Of a DNA stretch of 64,000 bases, positions 8,256 to 17,804 are shown in pieces. A program made the position numbers and the translations under genes. Position 1 is the first letter of the stretch. Each line of letters starts with the position of its first letter. The stretch is from Poseidonia sp. (GTDB lineage: Archaea > Thermoplasmatota > Poseidoniia > Poseidoniales > Poseidoniaceae), in NCBI GenBank assembly GCA_965661285.1, contig CBFIDD010000002.1, positions 64,001 to 128,000 of the forward strand. The letters run 5' to 3'. The notes under the pieces are model-generated. The model was not told the DNA's origin, made no database searches, and was given only the letters and a program-made list of their open reading frames with translations.

Positions 8256-9674
8256 TCAAATTTCCTTGATGGCGTTGTTCAAGCCGGTCATCATGGCCTT
8301 ACCGTCTCCGAACAGCATCATGGTCTTGTCCTCGTAGAAGAGGTCGTTGTCCACTCCAGCGTACCCTACGGAGAGGGAGCGCTTGATGATGACGACCGTT
8401 CGGGCTTGGTCGGCGTCAATGATGGGCATGCCGGCAAGCGGCCCCTCACCAGAACGAGCGGCAGGATTGCAGGTGTCGTTTGCACCGATGACGACGGCGA
8501 CATCGCACTCTGGGAATTCTGGATTGATTTCGTCCATCTCGATGAGTTGCTCATAAGGCACATTGGCTTCAGCGAGAAGCACGTTCATGTGTCCGGGCAT
8601 CCGTCCTGCGACCGGGTGGATGGCATACTTGACTTCCGTGCCGAATTTTTCTTCGAGCAGGTCTCCAAATTCCTTGACTTGGTGTTGACACTGGGAGACG
8701 GCCATGCCGTATCCAGGGACGATGATGACCTTTTGAGCCCCATCCACCATCATGGCGACCTCGTCTGGATCCGACCCGACCTTGGTGCGTGTGACGGTTT
8801 CCTTGGTGGAGCCACCGAAGGACTTGAACAACACATCGGGGAGGGTTCGGTTCATCGCTTTGCACATGATGAAGGTAAGGATGAGACCCGAGGCACCAAC
8901 AAGCGAACCGGCCACAATAAGGACAGGATTGCTGATGATGAAGCCGGTGAATGCAGCTGCGATCCCTGAAAGCGAATTGAGCAAGGAAACAACCACAGGC
9001 ATGTCTGCACCTCCGATTGGCAGGACCAGCACAATACCCAGCAAGCAGGATATGCCAATGATGGCCCACAAGTAGCCGGTGTTGGTGGGCTCGTTGATCG
9101 ACACCACGATGAGCCCTAGAACGCTGATGGTCAACAGCACCTTCACGGGGTTGAGCCACGTAGGGCCCCATGTGGGCGTGCTGAACCACTTTCCGAAAAT
9201 CTCCACACCGCCCTTCAGTTTGAACATGGCGAGAATGGACCCGGTGAGCGTCATCCAGCCGACCAGTGCAGAAAGACCGGCGGCGAGCATGATCACCTGC
9301 AAGGTCAGTCCCGTAGGCACCGTAGCGGAGCCTTCGATGTACTTCCATGTCTCCGAAAGGGCCACAAGGGCTGATGCTGCTCCGCCAAATCCGTTGAAGA
9401 GTGCGACAAGTTCCGGCATTCCCGTCATTTCGACCTTTACAGCCATGATGATGCCGATGATGGAACCAACGATGAGGCCCGCCACGATCAACTCAAGGTT
9501 GAGTCCCCCTGAGGAGAGCTGCATGTCAACCACGGTTGTGATGACGGCAACCAGCATACCCATGGCACCGTATTGGTTTCCACGAGGAGCGGTCCTTGGA
9601 TGTCCGAGTTTCTTCAACCCGAAAATAAAGAGAGCGGCCGAGAGCAAATATCCGAGCGGAATCCACGCTTCCAT
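8256..9674 (-). CDS. pntB: NAD(P) transhydrogenase subunit beta
   Basis: MPELVALFNGFGG, IGGADMPVVVSLLNS, VPGYGMAVSQ, IHPVAGRMPGHMNVLLAEA. Confidence 0.97.
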   Translation of the reverse strand: MEAWIPLGYLLSAALFIFGLKKLGHPRTAPRGNQYGAMGMLVAVITTVVDMQLSSGGLNLELIVAGLIVGSIIGIIMAVKVEMTGMPELVALFNGFGGAASALVALSETWKYIEGSATVPTGLTLQVIMLAAGLSALVGWMTLTGSILAMFKLKGGVEIFGKWFSTPTWGPTWLNPVKVLLTISVLGLIVVSINEPTNTGYLWAIIGISCLLGIVLVLPIGGADMPVVVSLLNSLSGIAAAFTGFIISNPVLIVAGSLVGASGLILTFIMCKAMNRTLPDVLFKSFGGSTKETVTRTKVGSDPDEVAMMVDGAQKVIIVPGYGMAVSQCQHQVKEFGDLLEEKFGTEVKYAIHPVAGRMPGHMNVLLAEANVPYEQLIEMDEINPEFPECDVAVVIGANDTCNPAARSGEGPLAGMPIIDADQARTVVIIKRSLSVGYAGVDNDLFYEDKTMMLFGDGKAMMTGLNNAIKEI

Positions 9675-9675
9675 C

Positions 9676-9987
9676 TCAAGCCCTCCTGTTCTTGCCTGCA
9701 ATCATGTTGAGCATGCGATTGGTGACGGCAAAACCACCAACGACGTTGATCATGGCCAACACCAGAGCGACGAACGCCAACAATCCTGAAACCAGTGTTT
9801 CACCACCAGCGTAGGCAACATTTGCACCAAGGAGGGCACCTACGACACTGATGCCTGAAATCGCATTTGCACCGCTCATCAGCGGCGTGTGCAGTGTTGC
9901 TGGGACCTTGGTAATGAGTTCAAACCCGAGGAAAATAGCCAACATAAAGAGCGTCAAGTTTGCAATAAGTGATGTTTCCGTAATCAT
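9676..9987 (-). CDS. pntAb: NAD(P) transhydrogenase subunit alpha, part 2 (membrane)
   Basis: VPATLHTPLMSGANAISG, INVVGGFAVTNRML. Confidence 0.95.
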   Translation of the reverse strand: MITETSLIANLTLFMLAIFLGFELITKVPATLHTPLMSGANAISGISVVGALLGANVAYAGGETLVSGLLAFVALVLAMINVVGGFAVTNRMLNMIAGKNRRA

Positions 9988-11153
9988 TCGACCACCCCTG
10001 CGAGTCGGGTTTGTTTTGGATGAATGGCGCCGTCTTTGCATATGAGCACGCCGCCCATGCCGTTGACGTAGAAATCAGAGCCTTCGGGGGCACCGACCAG
10101 GATATCGTCATCGTCGGAGATGATGACCGCCTTGGTCTCTTTGTCCACCAGCGAGGTGAAGAACGTCGTCAGGTTGTTGGAGTACAGCATCGAAGCCGTG
10201 TTGGCAAGTGTGCCTGGAAGGTTGGATGTTCCCACGATGATCACGCCGTTTTCGGTCGTGGTGATTTCTCCTTGAACCGTATCTTCACAGTTTCCTCCGA
10301 CGTCAGCGTTCATGTCAACAACAACGGCTCCGGATTTGAAATTGGCTACCGCAGACGAAGGCACCGTGATGGGTGCGGGTCGTCCGAAAATACGGGCGGT
10401 GGTCACGATGATGTCGGCATCGGCGGCCACACCGCACACCGTATCGTTTACTTTTTGGATAAATTCAGGCGTGAGCGGTTTGGCATATCCCGATTCGTCT
10501 TCGAAATCGTCCATGCCGTCCACCTCGATGAAGCGACCGCCAACGGATTCGATTTGTTCTGCAGCTGATTTTCGCACGTCAGAAGCGAATACGATGGCTC
10601 CGAGGCGTTTGGCCGTCGCAATCGCTTGCAGACCCGCAACACCGCTGCCCATGATCACAACTTTTGCTGGACGAATTGTACCGGCAGATGTCGTCATCAT
10701 CGGTATGCCTTTGGGTACATGAGCCGCACCGAGCAGGACGGCTTTGTAGCCTGCAAGGTTGTCTTGGCTGGAGTTGACGTCCATCGACTGTGCGCGTGAG
10801 AGTCGGCGGGGAATCATGTCCATTGAAAGCAAGGTGATGTTCGCATCCATGCAGGCTTTCACGTAATCGGGATGTCGAAACGGGTCAGAGACACAAGCCA
10901 AGTTGGTGCCTTCCGCAATGCCCTCAACCCCCGGGAATCGAATGCAAACAATGTTCTCACATGCAAGCGCTTCTTCTCTGGATACGATGGTTGCGCCGGC
11001 TTCCTCATACGCTGCGTCGTGATAATTCGCGGCGAGGCCTGCACCGGCTTCGATGTGGACTTCAAATCCAGCTTTTGCGAGTTTCTTCATGCTGGACGGC
11101 ACGATGCCAACCCTCGTCTCACCTTCTGGCTCTTTTGGGACACCTAATTTCAT
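9984..11153 (-). CDS. pntAa: NAD(P) transhydrogenase subunit alpha, part 1 (NAD(H)-binding)
   Basis: LGVPKE..ETRV, RAQSMDV.SSQ.NLAGY, GSGVAGLQAIATAKRLGA; GGTGA RBS. Confidence 0.95.
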   Translation of the reverse strand: MKLGVPKEPEGETRVGIVPSSMKKLAKAGFEVHIEAGAGLAANYHDAAYEEAGATIVSREEALACENIVCIRFPGVEGIAEGTNLACVSDPFRHPDYVKACMDANITLLSMDMIPRRLSRAQSMDVNSSQDNLAGYKAVLLGAAHVPKGIPMMTTSAGTIRPAKVVIMGSGVAGLQAIATAKRLGAIVFASDVRKSAAEQIESVGGRFIEVDGMDDFEDESGYAKPLTPEFIQKVNDTVCGVAADADIIVTTARIFGRPAPITVPSSAVANFKSGAVVVDMNADVGGNCEDTVQGEITTTENGVIIVGTSNLPGTLANTASMLYSNNLTTFFTSLVDKETKAVIISDDDDILVGAPEGSDFYVNGMGGVLICKDGAIHPKQTRLAGVVE

Positions 11154-11339
11154 GCGTTCACCTGCCGAATGCACCACCGAAAGGGTAGGTGCAATTTGCC
11201 CACTTGAAGGAGGTTTTTAGACTCCACGCCCCGAACCATTGCGGGCTTCTGTCCGGTTTTTGACCGCAATGAGTAGAAAGGACCTCACCATCGGACTTAT
11301 GGACTGGCCGCATCAGGTTCAGAATGAAAGGTGAACACC

Positions 11340-12278
11340 ATGGCAAGCGGTCGTCGAAAAATTGCGGTAATTGGAGCAGGGAATGTTGGAGCAACGTGTG
11401 CTTTTGTCCTCGCACAAATGAAAATCGCTGATATTTTTCTCCTCGACATCTATGAGGGTTTCGCGAAAGGTAAGGCCCTTGACATGTCCCAGAACGCCAA
11501 TGTCTTGAACTACAACGGTACCATCACGGGGACGTCGGATTACCAAGACATTGCGGGAGCAGAAGTTGTTGTTGTCACATCGGGTTTCCCTCGCCAACCG
11601 GGTATGACCCGAGAAGACCTGATCGGCAAAAATGCCGATATTGTCTCTCAGGTTGGAACAGGTATCAAGGACCACGCACCCGATGCCGTGGTCATCGTGG
11701 TCACCAACCCGCTTGACTTGATGACGTACCACATGCAGCAAGTAACGGGTTTTCCGCCTGAACGCGTCATCGGACAAGCAGGTGTTCTCGACAGTGCACG
11801 AATGGCTCACTTCATTGCGTTGGAGTTGAATTGTGCAGAGGAGGATGTTTCTCCTATGGTCTTGGGTGGGCACGGCGATACCATGGTGCCGCTGCCAAGG
11901 TACACCACCGTTGGTGGGATTCCAATTACGCAGTTGATGGACCAAGACCGAATTGATGCCATCAGTGCCAGAACGGCGAGCGGTGGTGGAGAAATCGTCA
12001 AGCTCCTTGAGCGAGGTTCAGCGTTCTACGCACCCGGTTCGGCGGCTGCCATCATGGCGGAATCGGTGTTAAACGACCGCCGTCGCCTCATACCCGCCTC
12101 CTGTCTTCTCACGGGACAGTACGGACTCAGCGATGTCTACATCGGTGTTCCGTGCATCATAGGTGCGAACGGTGTCGAACAAATCTTTGAATTGGAGTTG
12201 ACCGATGATGAACTTCAATCGCTGCAGGGCTCCGGTGAATTCTACAAAGGTCAACTCAAGGATGTCCTCGGCTACTGA
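11340..12278 (+). CDS. mdh: Malate dehydrogenase (LDH-like)
   Basis: IGAGNVG, SGFPRQPGMTREDL (Arg in the specificity loop indicates MDH), LDSAR, LGGHGD. Confidence 0.95.
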   Translation: MASGRRKIAVIGAGNVGATCAFVLAQMKIADIFLLDIYEGFAKGKALDMSQNANVLNYNGTITGTSDYQDIAGAEVVVVTSGFPRQPGMTREDLIGKNADIVSQVGTGIKDHAPDAVVIVVTNPLDLMTYHMQQVTGFPPERVIGQAGVLDSARMAHFIALELNCAEEDVSPMVLGGHGDTMVPLPRYTTVGGIPITQLMDQDRIDAISARTASGGGEIVKLLERGSAFYAPGSAAAIMAESVLNDRRRLIPASCLLTGQYGLSDVYIGVPCIIGANGVEQIFELELTDDELQSLQGSGEFYKGQLKDVLGY

Positions 12279-12925
12279 GCCCTGACGATGCAAAGGCTTC
12301 GGTCTTTGCCTCGGGTGGTGGCGTCTTCGACAGGATTATCCTGAACGACGAGTTTGTGCCCTTGCTTTCCTCGGCTTCGCATTCGTGTGAGGACTTCCTG
12401 ACCGATATAGCAGCCTTTCTGCGGATGGACCAGTTCATCAAGTCCACACGCAAGTGGGTGCCATTTGGCTGTGATTTCGTGGCCGTAATACGGAATGGAA
12501 CGGTCAATACGGTACTCATCCCACACTGCCTTGTCCACCGTGGGCTCGATGTTGTGTTTCACCGGTACGACGTACATGGTGCCGAAAAAGGAGGGATGGA
12601 TCGTTGCGTCGGGCGGTTGAATTTCATCACCAAGCCCGATAAAAACGTCGTTGAGTTCGCTGATATCGCTGATCGTGATGGATTGGCCAAGGATGCGCTC
12701 GGTGAGGTGAGCGATGAGGTCGGATTTGTTTTCCTCATGTCCGACCAGAGCGATTCGTTCGCCAACAGGTATGACATCACAGACATCGATGATCTTTGCG
12801 GCTCTCGTTGTAAATACGGTAGTACAGGGGCCGTTGACATGATTGGTGGATAGTCCGTCGAGGAACGGAAGGAGTTGTTCACCTTGCAACAAGAGAACGG
12901 AGGCCTCGTGGCGCACCAGCCCCAT
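12272..12925 (-). CDS. Short YgfZ/GcvT-like folate-binding Fe-S maintenance protein
   Basis: KGCYIGQEVLTRM signature; FLDGLSTN at the N-terminus. Confidence 0.85.
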   Translation of the reverse strand: MGLVRHEASVLLLQGEQLLPFLDGLSTNHVNGPCTTVFTTRAAKIIDVCDVIPVGERIALVGHEENKSDLIAHLTERILGQSITISDISELNDVFIGLGDEIQPPDATIHPSFFGTMYVVPVKHNIEPTVDKAVWDEYRIDRSIPYYGHEITAKWHPLACGLDELVHPQKGCYIGQEVLTRMRSRGKQGHKLVVQDNPVEDATTRGKDRSLCIVRAQ

Positions 12926-12934
12926 AAAGCGACC

Positions 12935-13315
12935 TCAAGAGAACGATTCGCCGCATCCGCACGAGGAACTTGCGTTTGGGTTGTTGATTTTGAAGCCGCC
13001 ACCCATGAGGCGGTCAACGTAGTCAATTTCAATGCCGTCGAGAAGATGGCTCGAGGCTGAAGGGACCAGTACTCGGAAACCGTTGATGTTGAGTTCCTGA
13101 CATGGGGTTTCGGTTGATTCCACGATTTGCAGGTCGTACATGTATCCCGAGCAACCACCGCTCAGTACCCCGACCAAGAGCGCATGACTTCGGTCATCGC
13201 CAAAAGCATCCTCAAGCATGGATGTTGCCTTGTCCGTGAGCGTGAGGTTCACGTCAACCTCTTCGGGTCGGTGCACCTCAAGGGGTGTTGCAGATTCGCA
13301 GGTACCGCAGTCCAT
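12935..13315 (-). CDS. IscA/HesB family A-type Fe-S carrier
   Basis: GGCSGYMY, GFKINNPNASSSCGCGESF. Confidence 0.95.
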   Translation of the reverse strand: MDCGTCESATPLEVHRPEEVDVNLTLTDKATSMLEDAFGDDRSHALLVGVLSGGCSGYMYDLQIVESTETPCQELNINGFRVLVPSASSHLLDGIEIDYVDRLMGGGFKINNPNASSSCGCGESFS

Positions 13316-13339
13316 GGTACCCCCAATCCTCCACCGTTT

Positions 13340-13344
13340 TTGAA
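13340..13344 (-). promoter_or_regulatory. TTCAA element at the TATA-box position of the IscA gene
   Basis: TTCAA begins 29 nt upstream of ATG 13315. Confidence 0.5.
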
Positions 13345-13366
13345 CTTGACCGCGTTTGGGTGGCCG

Positions 13367-15676
13367 TCATCGCTTCTTACGTTTCTTGTCCAACGCTTTT
13401 TGGAGGATGTTGCACCGGCGAATTTGGTCCTTTGCACGGCGCTTGGCTTCGTCATTTAATCCTCTCGGCATCGCCTGTTGGAAGCATTTGATAGCATCGT
13501 TGTATCGCTCCATTTCGGCGTAAGCTGTCCCCATGTTGTACAACGTTTCCCCGCGAACTTCTGTCGGACGAATCAACATCGCTTGATGGTAGGATTCTAC
13601 GCACTTGGGATAGTCTTCGAGAAAATAATAGGCGTTCCCTCTGTTGTTCAGGATACGAATGATCATAGCATCATCACCGGCAAATGCAGGGAGTGCTCGG
13701 TCAAAACACGACAGTGCCTCTCTGTATTTTTTGTCCTCAATCAATTGCACACCTTGGTTGAACCAAGCGACATCTTGGTTTGAGATGGCATTGCTGGTGG
13801 TGGATTGCGGGGTGTTGACAGCAACGGTTTGAACTGCATCCAGGGCAGCTTTCGCCAAGTCAACTTGTGGCTGTGGCGTGGATTCAACGGCCTTTGGTTT
13901 TGGTTCGACAGGGGTCAACAGCATGGCCGCATCCATGGTTGCTGCTTGCGTTTCTTGCGCCTGCAGTGTGGGCACTGGTTCGCTGACCGCAGGTTGCGGT
14001 GTGAGAAGAACATCTGCCTGAGCGACCGTTTCATGGACGGGTTCTTCCACCATCTGTGAAGCGGGTGTTGGTGCTACAGATGACGGCGTAGCCGCTCCCA
14101 TACTCGCAGCCTTCGCATGACATTTCTGTGCGGTGTCATAATCTCCTGCCTGTTCGAGGGAGCGAGCCAAGCCGGTCCAGTGCGACGGGTCCGATGGCTC
14201 CTGTTGAATCAGGGTTTTCCACATCAGGACAGCATCGCTGTGTTGTTGACTCAACGAGAGCGCCGTGGCGCGTTGAGGAGAAGGACCATCGTCCATCAAG
14301 GACAATGCTTCTTTGGCCATTTCCGGTCCGGCAGGGAGGGTCGGTGGGAGGCCAGCAACGTTGTCCATGACGGCGGTCTCACCTTGCGCGAGTTGGATGA
14401 GCATGGAGGTGAATTCGCCCTTTATCGGATGGGTGCTGCTCATCGCGATGAGGGCTCGTGCTGCCTCCATGAACGATTCCATCATGCCTTCAGATTTGGC
14501 AAGTTCTGCCCATTTTTCAGCCGCTTTTTCGTAGCCATCATCGGCTTCAATCGCCCGTTGATAACTGTTGATCGCTTCATTTGTCATGCCGCTTCGTTGC
14601 TGAACCGAACCAAGGTTAAACCAGCCAGGAGCATGCGATGGCTCAAGATTTTGGGCGTGCGTCATCGCTGCGATGGCGTGGTTGTCCAAGTCCAATCGGG
14701 CCATGGCACCGCCGGCAATTCGCCATGCACCAGCGTGCTGGGCTCCGATGGTTTTGAGGTGCGGTTTTAGCATGGCAAGGGCATCTTTTGGGTTCCCTTC
14801 TTTGATGAGCGCCGTTGCTTCCTCGACGAGACGGTCAAGGTCAATGCTCGGTTCGGGTTTCGGTTCGTCAACGACCACCGTTTCCGGTTCAGGTGCGACC
14901 TCATCCAACACCACTTGCTGAGCCACGACCACTTCAGCAGCGCTCTGCAATTCTTCAACGCTAAGGGTTGCATCTTCATCGTGGTCGTGATGAACGGCTT
15001 CTTGAAGCAGCATGGCTGGGTCTTCGATACCGGCTTCTTCGGCGATTTCCTCCACCACTTTCATGTCCACGTCTTGGGTGACTTCAAGCGATGGCTGCAT
15101 CGATTCCATGGCGACCGAAAGCCCACTGTCTTTGCACCGTTCTCTGAGTTGAATCAGGGCTGGATGTCCGGGGAAGAAGCCCAATGCCTTCTCTGCAGTG
15201 GTGTAGGCGCCCTCAAGGTCGCCAATCCGCTCGAGCAGGATGGCAAGATTGGCCGTAGCTGGTGCATGGTTTTCATTCAAATCCAAGCAGATCTGGAAGG
15301 ATTGCCGGGCGCCACGTGCGTCCTGTTGGGCTTCCAGCAGTACGCCGCGATTGAACCAAGCCATATCGCAAGACGGGTCCAAAGCAATGGCTTTGTTGAA
15401 GGCCGCAAGTGCACCTTTGACATCGTTTCGACGACTACGCTCTTCTCCCACGGTCAAGAGGACATCAATCATCTCTTGTGGGTCCTCAACATCATCCAGT
15501 TCTGGAATGATATTTCGGGGTGGTTGTGGAGGTGGTGTGGTCGGGGTGTCGGATACTTCAGTTTCTTCGTTTTCAACCGCATCGAGCGCATCGTTGACGG
15601 AGGCTAAGGCAACATCATCGAGTCCGTCCGATGCTTCTTGCGGCGCGTCGCTGGATTCGTCATCGCCGCTTGGCAT
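13367..15676 (-). CDS. Tetratricopeptide-repeat protein (769 aa)
   Basis: Several TPR blocks (AWFNRGVLL, GWFNLGSV, AWFNQGV, LNNRGNAYY, LYNMGTAY) separated by acidic or Pro-rich linkers. Confidence 0.88.
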   Translation of the reverse strand: MPSGDDESSDAPQEASDGLDDVALASVNDALDAVENEETEVSDTPTTPPPQPPRNIIPELDDVEDPQEMIDVLLTVGEERSRRNDVKGALAAFNKAIALDPSCDMAWFNRGVLLEAQQDARGARQSFQICLDLNENHAPATANLAILLERIGDLEGAYTTAEKALGFFPGHPALIQLRERCKDSGLSVAMESMQPSLEVTQDVDMKVVEEIAEEAGIEDPAMLLQEAVHHDHDEDATLSVEELQSAAEVVVAQQVVLDEVAPEPETVVVDEPKPEPSIDLDRLVEEATALIKEGNPKDALAMLKPHLKTIGAQHAGAWRIAGGAMARLDLDNHAIAAMTHAQNLEPSHAPGWFNLGSVQQRSGMTNEAINSYQRAIEADDGYEKAAEKWAELAKSEGMMESFMEAARALIAMSSTHPIKGEFTSMLIQLAQGETAVMDNVAGLPPTLPAGPEMAKEALSLMDDGPSPQRATALSLSQQHSDAVLMWKTLIQQEPSDPSHWTGLARSLEQAGDYDTAQKCHAKAASMGAATPSSVAPTPASQMVEEPVHETVAQADVLLTPQPAVSEPVPTLQAQETQAATMDAAMLLTPVEPKPKAVESTPQPQVDLAKAALDAVQTVAVNTPQSTTSNAISNQDVAWFNQGVQLIEDKKYREALSCFDRALPAFAGDDAMIIRILNNRGNAYYFLEDYPKCVESYHQAMLIRPTEVRGETLYNMGTAYAEMERYNDAIKCFQQAMPRGLNDEAKRRAKDQIRRCNILQKALDKKRKKR

Positions 15677-15752
15677 ATCGTCACCGGATTGTTACCAAAC
15701 ACGGTGCATGAATAAGCATTGCTTCTCTGTGTCTATCGGACGAATCCCTACA

Positions 15753-15757
15753 TTCAA
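15753..15757 (+). promoter_or_regulatory. TTCAA element at the TATA-box position of the FMN reductase gene
   Basis: TTCAA begins 29 nt upstream of ATG 15782. Confidence 0.5.
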
Positions 15758-15781
15758 GGGCCGGTGCATGGTGGGGAGTGC

Positions 15782-16330
15782 ATGGGAGATGCTCCACTCA
15801 AGATTATGGGCCTTGCCGGCGAATACCGTTCATCATCGAAGTCAGGCATGCTCGTCAATGCAGCCTTGGACATCGCCTCGAAAAACGGTGCAGATGTTGT
15901 GTTCTGGGATCTTGCCGAACAACCACTTCCGTTGGTCGGTGAAGAGGGATGTTGGTCGCACCCCAATGTGAAGGCGTTCCAGGCACTTCTTGAAGAATCG
16001 GACGCCTTCTTTCTCGCCTCTCCCGAGTACCACGGAACCATGTCCGGCGTGATGAAGAACACCATGGATTGGATGTACGACAAACATGTTGGCGGCAAAG
16101 TCTTCGGTCTCATGTCCACCCTTGGTGGTGTGACCAATGCAAACACGCTCAATCACATGCGGATTGCGCTTCGGTGGCTGCACGGATGGCCTGTTCCGGA
16201 ACAACTCGCCGTCGGACACGTAAAGGAAGCCTTTGACGAGAACGGGCAACTTGTGGAAGCATCGTTGCAAGAACGTCTTGAGAAGTTGGTGAAAGCCGTC
16301 CTCTCTGCGTCGTCAAAATTGAGTGCATGA
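15782..16330 (+). CDS. NADPH-dependent FMN reductase (flavodoxin-like fold)
   Basis: LAGEYRSSSKS, ASPEYHGTMSGVMKNTMDW. Confidence 0.9.
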   Translation: MGDAPLKIMGLAGEYRSSSKSGMLVNAALDIASKNGADVVFWDLAEQPLPLVGEEGCWSHPNVKAFQALLEESDAFFLASPEYHGTMSGVMKNTMDWMYDKHVGGKVFGLMSTLGGVTNANTLNHMRIALRWLHGWPVPEQLAVGHVKEAFDENGQLVEASLQERLEKLVKAVLSASSKLSA

Positions 16331-17136
16331 CCATGGATGCTGGCTCAGAAACCCCCTCGTTTGCCGATGCATACGGGTCGACATACCGACTCGTATCTCC
16401 AGGCCACTTTGTGTTGGGTGACGAACACAAAACAGGAAATCCGAACGAACAGCCAGCATGTCCTGTGGACATTACACAGCCGTTCTTCCTCGGTGAACGC
16501 CACGTCACACAGGCGTTTTGGACGGACGTCATGGGTGAGAATCCCTCAAAATTCCAAGAGGGTTGGAGTGCTGGTCTCCGCCCGGTTGAGCAAATCAACA
16601 TGGACGATATCGAGGTCTTTCTCACTCGGCTCAACCGGCGAGATGCAGATGTCATGTATCTGGGCTTGGTAGGCGAATGGCGTCTTCCTTCGGAGGCTGA
16701 ATGGGAGTATGCTGCCAGGGCCGGTACACGAGGCCGGTGGTTCTTTGGAGACAAAGATATTGATCTGGATGAATATGGATGGCACGCAGGCAATTCCGGA
16801 GGAACCACACGAGAGGTGGGATTGAAAAAAGCAAATCCGTGGGGTTTTTTCGACATGCACGGTCTTGTCCAAGAATGGTGTGCTGACCACTACGAGAGAA
16901 CCTACGGCGACGCTCGGCATCAGACGCCACTGCATCGCCAAGACGGTGAGAAGCACGTTGTTCGCGGTGGCGCATGGTTCACCGAGAGTGACTCAACACG
17001 GTCCAGTGCTCGGTCCTTTGCCGACCGGAAGAAAAGAAGTGATGGATTGGGCGTACGACTCGTCTGGGCTCCACTCGACGAGCAACCGCCCCCATCCAGT
17101 CAGGGAGCCTCACCCTCCAACATGGACCAGTCATAG
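16327..17136 (+). CDS. Formylglycine-generating enzyme family (FGE-sulfatase domain) protein, probably non-catalytic
   Basis: RLPSEAEWEYAARAG, ANPWGFFDMHGLVQEW, VRGGAW, GVRL; ATGA overlap with the upstream gene. Confidence 0.9.
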   Translation: MTMDAGSETPSFADAYGSTYRLVSPGHFVLGDEHKTGNPNEQPACPVDITQPFFLGERHVTQAFWTDVMGENPSKFQEGWSAGLRPVEQINMDDIEVFLTRLNRRDADVMYLGLVGEWRLPSEAEWEYAARAGTRGRWFFGDKDIDLDEYGWHAGNSGGTTREVGLKKANPWGFFDMHGLVQEWCADHYERTYGDARHQTPLHRQDGEKHVVRGGAWFTESDSTRSSARSFADRKKRSDGLGVRLVWAPLDEQPPPSSQGASPSNMDQS

Positions 17137-17804
17137 ATGCGGTCGTCGGGCAAATCTTCGAGCGTTTGGTGTTCGGGTGTTTTGCCCGGGCCGATGAACC
17201 AACGAGCATTCAGCGGTTCTTCAAGCACCAGCATCAAGTTGTTGTTTTTCAGTTGTTGAATCGCGGCCGCGGTGCGCTGCATGACAGGGGCGATGTCTTC
17301 TCTGAACACGTCGTTCATCACCTTGCAGAGTTCACCAAATGTTCGACTCCCGTCTGCCAACTCCCAAAGCAGGCTGTTCATGTCATCAAGCGGTCGCTTG
17401 AGTTCGGTTGGTGCTCTGAGAAAGGCGGCGATTTTCCCTTCGATTCGACCAAATTGCTTCGGTATTCTCAACACCACACGACGACCACTGACACCACGAA
17501 GGCCCGGGTCTTTGCGGACTTCGCCCGTTCGTGCCCACCACACTGGCGTGCGGCACGGATACTGGTCAACAAGGGGATGATGGTCAATACCAGCGATTTC
17601 CTCCACAACGATTCCTCCTAGAATTCCATCCATGTCCACACAAGCAAGGTGAGCATCGACGCCGTTCCGACCAACGCCATCGTCCGTGTCGCTTGTACGC
17701 GCTCGGTAAAATTCCGAAGGTACCACGTTCCAACGCCGCATGCCGCAACCATAAACCAAAGCGCATACCATGCCGAGGGATAGGTCTCCACGCCTCTTGG
17801 TCAT
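17100..17804 (-). CDS. Protein with a C-terminal PqqD-like (RiPP recognition element) domain
   Basis: LDDMNSLLWELADGSRTFGELCKVMNDVF..AAIQQLKNNNLM; start uncertain (ATG 17804 overlaps the upstream stop; ATG 17741 is an alternative). Confidence 0.6.
   Translation of the reverse strand: MTKRRGDLSLGMVCALVYGCGMRRWNVVPSEFYRARTSDTDDGVGRNGVDAHLACVDMDGILGGIVVEEIAGIDHHPLVDQYPCRTPVWWARTGEVRKDPGLRGVSGRRVVLRIPKQFGRIEGKIAAFLRAPTELKRPLDDMNSLLWELADGSRTFGELCKVMNDVFREDIAPVMQRTAAAIQQLKNNNLMLVLEEPLNARWFIGPGKTPEHQTLEDLPDDRIYDWSMLEGEAP

Noticed and set aside
8223-8969. Long antisense ORFs (also 22275-22952 -, 28585-29409 -, 43675-44502 +, 61754-62491 +)
   Set aside because: They are shadows of well-supported genes on the opposite strand, expected from codon bias, and contain no recognisable motifs.
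16327-17136. FGE/CLec-fold protein as a diversity-generating retroelement target, or as an active formylglycine-generating enzyme
   Set aside because: I saw no reverse transcriptase and no template-repeat copy of its 3' end in the window. The catalytic Cys pair after RGG is absent (RGGAWFTESDST).
17100-17804. PQQ or RiPP biosynthetic cluster
   Set aside because: No pqqA/B/C/E, SPASM radical SAM, YcaO or precursor peptide is nearby. The only radical SAM in the window is QueE.
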